Shown in pieces: positions 19,541 through 29,445 of a stretch of DNA of 64,000 nucleotides (its first letter is position 1; every line of letters begins with the position of its first letter). The translations under genes were made by a program, and so were the position numbers. The notes under the pieces were generated by a model. The model saw nothing but the letters and a program-made list of their open reading frames with translations. It made no database searches and was not told the DNA's origin. This DNA is from Candidatus Woesebacteria bacterium GW2011_GWB1_39_12 (GTDB lineage: Bacteria > Patescibacteriota > Microgenomatia > UBA8517): assembly GCA_000993405.1 (NCBI GenBank), contig LBWB01000007.1, positions 8,383-72,382 on the forward strand. Direction: 5' to 3'.

Positions 19541-19999
19541 CTCCTATCGATATTCTCCGCTCTACGGCTGGAGTGAGGCCGACTTTCAAAATTGCTGAAA
19601 GCGGTGTAGAAGCAAATAAAGTTAAATAAGTTAATTAAGTTAACTAAGAGATTAAGTAATATTTAGATTTTTGTGCTCCTAATTAACCGATTAACAGATC
19701 ACTATTCTTGCTCGCAAAGCGAGTACTTACTCCCACAAAGCTTCCAGCAATAATTTGTTAATGTGCGACACCCTCCTTATCTTCGCACTTGGCTTTTCAA
19801 TACTATTCGTATACGCCTCCTGCCAAGATTGGTCGGAGGGTTGTGTACTATTTTTATTTATTAAGGAACACAAAAAAGCCGCGGCTTTAGAGGCCACGGC
19901 TTTAATACAAACCGTTAACGGTTAATCAAAATTTTTGATTAACTTAAATTACTTCACCTCTAAAGCATTTACCCTAAGAATGTATCCTAGAGTATTGGC

Positions 20000-20028
20000 A
20001 CTATAACACAGTAAGTGCTATTTGTCAA
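20000..20028 (-). promoter_or_regulatory. Sigma70-type promoter for the minus-strand unit between 16S and 23S
   Basis: TTGACA-17 nt-TATAGT on the minus strand. Confidence 0.7.
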
Positions 20029-20244
20029 GCCCCCCGTGCTCTTGTGCGAGTAAATATTACATTCAAAACACTTTGAGGGGCGAGTTTTTGCAATACTTTG
20101 AATTCACTCGATAATTGCAAATCAAAAAACACACGGGATTTGAAATCGAAAATTTCTGAGTGCGCCAATACAAAATTAGATTGTACCGGTGGTACAATAA
20201 ACTTGGAGAGTACGTTTTCACGAAGTTTTCACGGTAAACTGAAG

Positions 20245-22497
20245 CTAATTTTCGTCTTCAATCTTGCCCTCAAATATTGTCCCTGAAGACTCATTTTGGG
20301 CAGGTTCGGAATCTGATTTCACTTTCTTGGCATATCTTTCCCTTGATACCCGGATAACTTTATCTTTATTCTGATTTCGGGAAACCGGAAGGGGAAGAGT
20401 ATTGGCCAAGAATGGCCTTGTCGTATGTCCATCTATTGTTAGTTTTAGCGCGATTTGGAAATTTTGCAAGTTCACCAGATCGTTTTGCGAGAACACCTCG
20501 GCAAACTCTTTAAAAATTACGTTTGCGTCTTCCGCCCCAACGGCAAAAGAAATTAAAGTTCCGGCATTTCCCAAAATTGCTTTTTGGACATATTCGGGAA
20601 TTTGTGCCATGTATTGGTTTGCTAAAGTTAACGCCAGGCCGAATTTTCTTGCCTCGGACAAAATTTTTATAAATGAATCGGTTGCAAAATTCTGAAATTC
20701 ATCAACATATAAATAAAAAGGGACCCGGGTCTCTTTGGGAATATCGACACGGTGCATTGATGCCAATTGAAACTTTGTAATAAGCATTGCACCAAGAAGA
20801 CTTGAGTTGTCTTCGCCAAGGCGACCTTGGGAAAGGTTTGCGATGAGAATTTTTTTGCCGTTAATTATTTCATCAATAGAAATGGTTGACTTGGGTGCGC
20901 CGATTATTCTGCGTATCAAAGGAGAAGTCACGAACTGTCCGACTTTATTTTGGATGGGAGCTATTGCTTCTTTTTGAAGGGCCATGGGCATTTTGTCGAA
21001 TTCTTCTTTCCAGAAATGAACTAGTGACGGATCGGTTAGTCTGGCAACGATTTTATTTCTGAAAGACTGGTTTGCAAGCATTTTTAAAACGTCTGCCAAA
21101 GTTGAATTGGGGATTTCGGTCAGCGTTAAAAATGAATTTCTTAAAATGTATTCCATTCGGGCAGACCAGACGTTTGCCCAGACTTTTGTAAATATACTCA
21201 TTAAACCCGAGGCGACGAGTTCTGCTTCCTCGCGATTTGTGACTTCCAGGGGATTTAAAACAATGGGGAAGTCACGGTCGGCCGGGTTAAAGTAAATGGT
21301 ATCGTTGATTCTTGAAGCCGGAATATAGTTTAAGATATCGTCGCAAAGGTCCCCATGCGGGTCAATTACGGCAACACCTCTGCCTTTTTTAAAGTCATCA
21401 ATTGCCATATTGGCAATCATTGTTGATTTACCGGTTCCCGTTTTTCCGACGGTCCAGATATGGCGAAGTCTGTCAGATTCTTTTATGCCGAAGATGCTTT
21501 CTTTATTTTTAAAAGGAGTCTTAGCAAAAAAATTGATTTTTCTTTTTTCCTCGTCAGTAAGCCCTTCAGAAACAGGGAGTTTTTCGGGGGGCTCTGTAAG
21601 AACCGATGTCCCCCAGGTAATTCCCGGAACTTTGATTTTTTCCGAAGGCAAATGCCATAAAGTTGCCAGCTCAATGATATTTAAAATTTGTTTATCGGAA
21701 ACACGCCTTGCCCTTAGAGCTTTAGTTTCCGAGGTTTTGTTAAAACGGTTAGGGGATTTGACAGAAAAAGAATTTGCATCTGATCTGGCAAAGACTCCGA
21801 AGGCGTCTGCAATACCTTTCAGGGTTTTATTTGTATTGCCGGCTATCCTTAAAGTAGTTCTGAAACCTGGGTAAGAAATTTTTTCTTTAATGATATTTGC
21901 GTCCGTCCTTTGGGAAAAAGTTCCATCGGCGTTTTTAGCACCTTTATCAGAGAAAACTTGTCCTTGGGTCTGCCAGTTGGGTGTTATTGACTCCAATGCG
22001 ATTTGGATGAGAACCACTTCATCCGGATCTCCTTTTGAAAGGACAGAAAGAATGGATGATAGAGGATCAACGTCCTGGAAATTAGAGTAAGTTTGGATGG
22101 AGTAAAAACTTCCCTTGGCAAGTTTTAGAAAAAACACTTTGATATCTTGATTCTCCAGAGGGCTCGCCTCGATTCGACCGAGTCGGAGCGGGCTCGCCTC
22201 GCTGAAGCTTTGGCGAAGCGGGTCTTCAATTTTTTCAATTATTACCAAAGGATAGTTTGAGCGGATCTGAGTCTCAATAAAAGATACTAATGACGCATGG
22301 CATGTAACAAGAAACCTGATTTGCTGGTTAACTAATGCAATCTCAAGAGCAAAAGCAGGTGGTTTTTTGCCGAGAAGTTTATCCAATGTTGATGCATAAT
22401 TAATTTGGGTTAAAGCGGCAAGAAATGTTTTTGCCGCCTCAGGAGTGACCTCGATATTTCGAGGTAGTTTAAGAGAAAGAGTTATTAATCCTTCCAC
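20245..22497 (-). CDS. VirD4/TraG/HerA-like P-loop ATPase of the type common in CPR
   Basis: Walker A GKTGTGKST, IDPHGD, Walker B LYVDEFQNF, SEARKF, ANQY. Confidence 0.88.
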   Translation of the reverse strand: MEGLITLSLKLPRNIEVTPEAAKTFLAALTQINYASTLDKLLGKKPPAFALEIALVNQQIRFLVTCHASLVSFIETQIRSNYPLVIIEKIEDPLRQSFSEASPLRLGRIEASPLENQDIKVFFLKLAKGSFYSIQTYSNFQDVDPLSSILSVLSKGDPDEVVLIQIALESITPNWQTQGQVFSDKGAKNADGTFSQRTDANIIKEKISYPGFRTTLRIAGNTNKTLKGIADAFGVFARSDANSFSVKSPNRFNKTSETKALRARRVSDKQILNIIELATLWHLPSEKIKVPGITWGTSVLTEPPEKLPVSEGLTDEEKRKINFFAKTPFKNKESIFGIKESDRLRHIWTVGKTGTGKSTMIANMAIDDFKKGRGVAVIDPHGDLCDDILNYIPASRINDTIYFNPADRDFPIVLNPLEVTNREEAELVASGLMSIFTKVWANVWSARMEYILRNSFLTLTEIPNSTLADVLKMLANQSFRNKIVARLTDPSLVHFWKEEFDKMPMALQKEAIAPIQNKVGQFVTSPLIRRIIGAPKSTISIDEIINGKKILIANLSQGRLGEDNSSLLGAMLITKFQLASMHRVDIPKETRVPFYLYVDEFQNFATDSFIKILSEARKFGLALTLANQYMAQIPEYVQKAILGNAGTLISFAVGAEDANVIFKEFAEVFSQNDLVNLQNFQIALKLTIDGHTTRPFLANTLPLPVSRNQNKDKVIRVSRERYAKKVKSDSEPAQNESSGTIFEGKIEDEN

Positions 22498-22559
22498 AGT
22501 AATTTATTATATATCAGGGGGTTGGAGAAAGAAGAGGGAAACAAACTCGTTGGTTATGG

Positions 22560-22766
22560 CTACCGCCGGAGAATTTCTGCTAGTTTATCAATAAAATCTT
22601 GTGTCTCTTTTGGGTGGGTATATATCCAGTAGGTGGCTGTACTCCCAACGCAGAGAAACGTAAGAAAAGCACTCACAGCAACTATGGCAGCCGATTTTCC
22701 TTCACCGGGTTCTGGTTGGTCTGGAATCACTTCTTTCGATATTTCTGTAGGGTCAAGTTCGTGCAT
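22560..22766 (-). CDS. Small single-TM hypothetical protein
   Basis: MHELDPTEISK... with one hydrophobic helix; the longer ORF overlaps tRNA sequence, so start moved. Confidence 0.45.
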   Translation of the reverse strand: MHELDPTEISKEVIPDQPEPGEGKSAAIVAVSAFLTFLCVGSTATYWIYTHPKETQDFIDKLAEILRR

Positions 22767-22907
22767 AAAAAACTCGTAGTAAATTATAGGATTAATTGAG
22801 TTCGATGTCAAATTGTGGTAAATTAATCGTACTCGGGTGGTTAGTTCACCGGTTAGAACGCTTACCTGATGACAAACGAAGTTTGACATAACAAAAATTG
22901 CAAACGG

Positions 22908-22979
22908 GGGCACGTAGTTCACTGGTAGAACGCTTACCTGATAAGTAAGAAGTAGATAGTTCGATTCTATCCGTGCCCA
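22908..22979 (+). tRNA. tRNA-Ile(GAT)
   Basis: GGGCACG/CGTGCCC acceptor stem, CTTAC-CTGATAA-GTAAG anticodon arm. Confidence 0.92.
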
Positions 22980-23065
22980 CTCAAAAGTAAGAGGTGTAAG
23001 GCTTGCCCTGAGCGAAGTCGAAGGGTTCGATTCCTTGCGCGCCCACAGAATGGATTTTTTACCTG

Positions 23066-23095
23066 TTGACGGAGTTCGATATTTTGTAATATAAT
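23066..23095 (+). promoter_or_regulatory. Promoter upstream of tRNA-Ala-23S-5S
   Basis: TTGACG-18 nt-TATAAT; boxA-like motifs at 23235-23248 and 23516-23527. Confidence 0.55.
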
Positions 23096-23283
23096 TCCTT
23101 TTACCTTTTTAAGGCCGTTTACTTAATGAGAATCCGAAAATTAATATTAATCTATAACCCACAGGAATTCTGTGGCTAAATTAGGGAAAGATTAGGATCA
23201 TTAGGTAATCCCGCCTTAAAGCGGGATTTTTTATTGCACATTTGAAAATTAATATTAGGGAGATAGGGAAGATTAGGGATTAA

Positions 23284-23357
23284 GGGCCCGAAGTTTACCC
23301 GGTTTGAACGCGTCATTTGCAATGACGAGGCAGAGGGTTCGACTCCCTCCGGGTCCA
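23284..23357 (+). tRNA. tRNA-Ala(TGC)
   Basis: G3:U70 pair, CGTCA-TTTGCAA-TGACG, GGTTCGACTCC. Confidence 0.92.
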
Positions 23358-23582
23358 CAACGAAAGAAATTGCTTTGCAATTTCAACGTTGTAGGAACGT
23401 TTAAATTCGAAAGAATTTATTACGTTCCACCCCATTGGTACTTGGAAAGTGGCGGTTGGTGACTGGATATTTTTTCGTCACGAGCCGCCAATTTCCAAAT
23501 ACTAATAATTATATTTGCACTTTGAAATCTGAAGACCATGAAGTGAGCTTTTGCTCTACTTCATGAGGAAAGTAAGGCCATG

Positions 23583-23760
23583 CCTTGTGCATAGCACAAG
23601 GAATTTCTAATTTCTAATTCCTAATTTCTAAACAAATCCAAAGCACTAAATTCAAATGTTCAAAACTTTTTAATTAGTTTTGAATTTTGGATTTTAAAAT
23701 TTGAGAATTGTTTTGGATTTAGGATTTTGGATTTAGGATTTCCTCGCGCTGTGCGCGAGG
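23583..23760 (+). repeat. Inverted-repeat element E3 in the 23S leader
   Basis: CCTTGTGCATAGCACAAGG-AATTT, ~7-mer arrays, GATTT-CCTCGCGCTGTGCGCGAGG. Confidence 0.85.
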
Positions 23761-24060
23761 CTATAAGTCTGATATTAACGCAGACAGTGAATGCCTTGGT
23801 GTAAGTTGCCGAAGAAGGACGCACATGGTAGCGATATTCGTCGGGGAGGAGCCACGATCCTGTGATCCGGCGGTGTCCGAATGGAGAAATCCGACCGAGT
23901 TCATACTCGATCACTCCGTGATAAAAATAATTTACGCAAGTAAGTTGTATAGTCGCGGTAGAGGGAACCGTCCAAACTGAAACATCTAAGTAGGGCGAGG
24001 AAGAGAAATCAATAGATATTCCGTCAGTAGCGGAGAGCGAAAGCGGAAAAGCCCAAACCC

Positions 24061-24243
24061 GCCCGTGCGTAGCACTGGAAGTTCCAATTTCCAATCACCA
24101 ATTTCCAAATAATTTCAAATTTCAAATGACAAATTTTCAAAACATTTCTAATCTTAAAGGAGTTTTGAGTTTTTGATTTTGAATTTCGAGTTTGTTTGGG
24201 ATTTGGAATTTGGGTTTTGGAATTTCTCATGCTGCGCATGAGT
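24061..24243 (+). other. Intervening sequence E4 in 23S domain I
   Basis: Between AGCCCAAACCC and GGGGGTTGTAGG; same hairpin/7-mer architecture. Confidence 0.85.
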
Positions 24244-24427
24244 GGGGGTTGTAGGAGCCCGATGTGGGAGTCGACTTGGTAGCAGAATTATCTGGAATGG
24301 TAGATCATAGAGAGTGAAAATCTCGTATGCAAAATTAAGTCGACCTCTAGGGATTTCCTGAGTACCACGATTTAAATCTTCGTGGGAAGCTGGGGGAGTC
24401 ATCCTCCAAGGCTAAATACAACTTGCA

Positions 24428-24468
<41 letters not shown>

Positions 24469-24524
24469 GGGCGAGACGCCCAGTGAAATAGAACCTGAAA
24501 CTGTTTGCGGACAAACCGAGAGAG

Positions 24525-24682
24525 CCTTCGAACAGGAAATTTCAAAAGACAAATAACAAATTACAAACAAGTTCCAAATAACAGAACCCAATATATAGTT
24601 TTAAAAAGTTTTGCAATTTGTGAATTAATTATTGTTTGTATATTGGAAATTGGTAATTGGAGTTTCCCGCTCGGAGAGCGGG
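24525..24682 (+). other. Intervening sequence E5 in 23S (helix 25 region)
   Basis: GAACAGGAAATTTCAAA ... AATTGGAGTTTCCCGCTCGGAGAGCGGG. Confidence 0.85.
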
Positions 24683-24916
24683 TGATCTCGTGCCTATTGA
24701 AGAATGAGCCGGCGAGTTACCGCGTAGCGCATAGTCTAACCGAGTCTGACTCGGGGAGGCGTAGGGAAACCAAGTCTGAATAGGGCGATTAGCGCGAAGT
24801 GGTAGACCCGAAACCGGGTGATCTATCCATGAGCAGGGTGAACCCCGACGAAAGTCGGGGGGAGGCCCGAACCGGTGTAAGTTGCAATTTGCTCGGATGA
24901 CTTGTGGATAGGGGTA

Positions 24917-24950
<34 letters not shown>

Positions 24951-25179
24951 CCCGAAAGGTCTATAGGGACCGTGGTACGTAAGGTGTTGCCGATGGTAGA
25001 GCTACTGAATGGGTAAGCGAGGGTAACCGAGTTTACTCAATCAAACTCCGAATAGCGGTAAACATTAACGTACTAAACAGTCGCATCGGGCTAAGCTGAT
25101 GCGGCGAAAGGGAAACATCCCAGACTCTCAGCTAAGGCCTCTAAATTACAGCTAAGTTTCAAAGGAAGTTCACGTCCGT

Positions 25180-25230
<51 letters not shown>

Positions 25231-25300
25231 CAGCTCACTGGTCGAGGTTGTGGGCGCCGAAGATTTATCGAGGATAAGCTGTATGCCGAAGCTGGAGATG

Positions 25301-25506
25301 CCTGTTCGTAGAACAGGAAATTTCAAATAATAAATGCCAAGTAACAAACCCTTCGATTTTACTCAGGGTCCTGAGCAGGTCGAAGGACAAATTCCAAATA
25401 ATAAAATCCCAATGAATAAAAAAGTTTTTAGATTTTAAGATTTGTGATTTAAATTTTGTTTGTAAATTGGATATTGAAAATTGGAGTTTCCCGCTCTGCG
25501 AGCGGG
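25301..25506 (+). other. Intervening sequence E6 in 23S (helix 45 region) with nested palindromic repeat
   Basis: Between CCGAAGCT and GGTAGGGGAGCGTTC; nested CCCTTCGATTTTACTCAGGGTCCTGAGCAGGTCGAAGG at 25349-25388. Confidence 0.85.
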
Positions 25507-25746
25507 TGTGGTAGGGGAGCGTTCCGTATCCAGTGAAGTTAAGCCGTAAGGCTTGGTGGAGGATACGGGAGTGAGAATGCCGGCATGAGTAGCGTACTAT
25601 CCCGGAGAGAATCCGGGACACCGAATGCCCGAGGATTCCGTCGCGAGGTTCGTCCCCGACGGGTTAATCGGTACCTAACCTAAGGCCAAATGGCGTAGGG
25701 GATGGATAACTGGTCAAAATTCCAGTATTTATTTTGAATCGAAAGC

Positions 25747-25905
25747 CCTTGTGCTTTGCACAAGGAAATTACAATAAACAAACACCAATTTCCAAACAAA
25801 TTCCAAATTGCAATTAAGAAAAATAAAATAATTGTGATTTGTTAATTAATATTTGTTTGTAATTTGTAAATTGTGTTTTGTGATTTTCTCGCGCAGAGCA
25901 CGAGG
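25747..25905 (+). other. Intervening sequence E7 in 23S domain III
   Basis: Termini nearly identical to E1 in 16S. Confidence 0.85.
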
Positions 25906-26979
25906 TAATTGGGGGTTGACTGGATAGGATGGTTGAAGCCTCATAACGATTTGGGGTGTAAGTTATAAGATAGTGTCAGCAGGAAAATCCGCTAATACGT
26001 TTAATCAAGTAGCGATGCAGAGTCTTGCGCAAGCAAGACAATTTCATCCCATTCAATCTACAAGAAAAGACTCGCAGTGAGATTCAAGGTAAGCCGTACC
26101 GCAAACCGACACAGGTGGGCTGGTCGAGAAGACTAAGGTGATCGAGAGAAAGAGGTTCAAGGAACTCGGCAAAAAATCTGGACGTAAGTTCGCAAGATGT
26201 CCTCCCTGAAAAATCTTCGGATTTTTTAGGGTACAACAAAAGAGTGCTAACCGACTGTTTATCAAAAACACAGGTCCGTGCAAAAGCGAAAGCTAAGGTA
26301 TACGGGCTGACGCCTGCCCAGTGCCGGTAAGTGAAGGGGATGGGTTTTACGGATTTATCCGTAAGGCCTTGAACTCAAGCTCCGGTAAACGGCGGCTTTA
26401 ACTATAAGAGTCCTACGGTAGCGAAGTTCCTTGTCGTGTAAGTTACGACCCGCACGAAAGGCGTTACGAGTTAGCAACTGTCTCGAGCCTCTACTCGGCG
26501 AAATTGCGTTGGCTGTGAAGACGCGGCCTACTTCCACCAGGACAAAAAGACCCCGTGGAGCTTTGTTTTGTGCGAGCCAATTGTTTAGAGTAGGAGGGAC
26601 CCTGAGAGCAATCGAAGGGGACACTGAAACACCTCCCTTTGGAACGTGGCAAGACTTACCTAACGTCCTTGCAAACAGGTCGAGGAAAAGTGCTAGGTGG
26701 GCAGTTTTACTGGGGCGGTACCCTGCCAAAAGGTAACGCAGGGGTACAAAGGTTGGCTTAGCACGGATGGACATCGTGCTGAATGTATAAAGGCATAAGC
26801 CAGCTTGATAGCGACTGCGACGGCAGAAGCTAGTACGAAAGTAGGTCTTAGTGATCCTCCGATTGCCTAGTGATAGGCACGGAGCTTAACGGATAAAAGC
26901 TACCCCGGGGATAACAGAGTAGTCGCACCCGAGAGTCCATATCGACGGTGCGGTTCGCTACCTCGATGTCGGCTCACCG

Positions 26980-27010
<31 letters not shown>

Positions 27011-27023
27011 GGTCTGTTCGCCC

Positions 27024-27501
<478 letters not shown>

Positions 27502-27630
27502 TCGGACTCTATCCGGTGGAAGCGTTCGAGTCTTGAAGGGAGCTGGCCTCAGTACGAGAGGACCAGGCCGGGGGAATCCCTGGTGTGCCGGTTGTGGCAT
27601 CAGCCGCAACGCCGGGTAGCTACATTCCCA

Positions 27631-27662
<32 letters not shown>

Positions 27663-27847
27663 GCCCCCCCTAAGATTAGGACTCGTTATTAGATCCCTAG
27701 AAGAATACTAGGTTGTTCGACAGGCGGTGGAAGTCGCGTAAGCGATTAAGCCTACCTTGTACGAATCGATCGATTTCAGACTTACTTACTCCTAATGAAG
27801 TATTGTATAAGCTCACTTTATGGTCTTTAGATGAGAAGCAAAGCTTT

Positions 27848-27967
27848 GGTCTGGTGATGATAGCGGTGCGGAACTACCTGATCCCATTCCGAACTCAGTC
27901 GTCAAACACACCTGCGGCGACGATAGTAAGCGGGCAACTGTTTGCGAAAATAGCACGTCGCCAGGCT
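27848..27967 (+). rRNA. rrf: 5S rRNA
   Basis: CTGGTG...CCTGATCCCATTCCGAACTCAG...CGCCAGG. Confidence 0.93.
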
Positions 27968-28165
27968 AAAGTTTTGCTCTGATAGTTAGGCAAATTTTAG
28001 ATCATCTGATTTAATCCGCTTTCAGCGGATTTGCGAAAATAAGCATAGCTTGGCACCGCTATGCGTTGTAAGTGATCTCTGCTTTGCAGAGCTCCACTTG
28101 GCCAAGTCTGACTTGGTAGCACGTCGCCAGGCTAAAGTTTTGCTTGAACATTAAATTGTAGAAAG

Positions 28166-29317
28166 GTGGTCCCGATTGAATCGGGGCGGTTATGCAAAGT
28201 GGTTTCGAAAAAACATCCAAAAACTTCAAGTAAAAAACGTGGGGAACCTCAGACAATGGAGGAGCTTCTTTCTCTTTATGGAGGTCCGAAGTTTTCTTTT
28301 TCTGTGGGAAATATGATCAAGGGTAAGATTATTCGGATCGAACCACAAAGAGTTGTAGTTGATATTGGAGGGAAAAGTGAAGGAATTGTAGCCGAGAAAG
28401 CTTTTAATGAGGCAGGAGAATTTATTAAAACCCTTAAAGTCGGGGATGAAATAGAAGCAAGAGTTCTGGTTTCCGAGACAAAAGACGGTTATACAATTCT
28501 ATCTTTAAGACGCGCAAAAGAAGAGGCTGTTTGGAAGAGAATTGAGGAAGCTCAAGAAAAACAAACGCCAATATCAGTTGAGGGAAAGGGAGTAACTTCC
28601 GCAGGAGTAACGGTTGATATCGAAGGAATGACAGGGTTCATTCCTGCTTCCCAGCTGGGTAAAGAAGTCTCGGAGAATCTGCAAAGATTAATCGGTCAGA
28701 AATTTGAGGTTATTGTTATTGATTTTGATAAGACGGTAAAAAAAATAATTCTTTCGGAGAAAGAGGTTTCTGAAAAAGAAGAAGTAGCAGCTGCAAGAAG
28801 TGCTATAGAAAATATTAAAGAAGGTGAAACTTTTGAAGGAGAGGTTACGACGATTTTTGACTTCGGAGTTTTCGTTAAAATAGAATGGGGTAGCGGTAAA
28901 ACAAAGATTCCACTTGAAGGTTTGGTGCACATTTCTGAACTTTCTTGGGAAAAGGTTAGTTCTCCTAATGATGTGGCTACTCCCGGAGATAAAGTGAAAG
29001 TCAAAGTTATAGGTAAGAGAAATGGTAAGCTTGCCTTTTCAATAAAACAGGCCTTGGAGGATCCATGGATAAAGGTTGAAGAGAAATATAAAAAGGACAA
29101 AAAAGTGGGGGCAAAAATTACTCGGGTGACGGATTTTGGTGTATTTGTTCAGTTAGAGAGCGGCATTGAAGGTTTAATACATATGACAAAAATTCCGCCT
29201 GGTAAAAAGCTTGTCAGAGGTGACGCGGTAGATGTTTATATAGAGGAAATTGACAAGGAAAATCGAAAAATTGCGCTGGGGTTAGTGTTAACAGAAAAGC
29301 CGGTGGGGTATAAGTAA
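28166..29317 (+). CDS. rpsA: 30S ribosomal protein S1 (four S1 domains)
   Basis: VDIGGKSEG, GFIPASQL, GLVHISELSW, DFGVFV; true start probably slightly downstream. Confidence 0.9.
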   Translation: MVPIESGRLCKVVSKKHPKTSSKKRGEPQTMEELLSLYGGPKFSFSVGNMIKGKIIRIEPQRVVVDIGGKSEGIVAEKAFNEAGEFIKTLKVGDEIEARVLVSETKDGYTILSLRRAKEEAVWKRIEEAQEKQTPISVEGKGVTSAGVTVDIEGMTGFIPASQLGKEVSENLQRLIGQKFEVIVIDFDKTVKKIILSEKEVSEKEEVAAARSAIENIKEGETFEGEVTTIFDFGVFVKIEWGSGKTKIPLEGLVHISELSWEKVSSPNDVATPGDKVKVKVIGKRNGKLAFSIKQALEDPWIKVEEKYKKDKKVGAKITRVTDFGVFVQLESGIEGLIHMTKIPPGKKLVRGDAVDVYIEEIDKENRKIALGLVLTEKPVGYK

Positions 29318-29445
29318 GTGATTAGTGATTGGATATAATTCTTCTTGATGGCTAAGTCTTTATTGTTATTTGTTTGTCAGCAATATATTCACTTATTGAA
29401 ATCATTTGTAAATAGTCCTAAGATGAATTTGTCCGGCTGAATTCT

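Noticed and set aside
20245-22497. Conjugative element
   Set aside because: Lone ATPase with no relaxase or other T4SS genes nearby; such ATPases are common chromosomal genes in CPR
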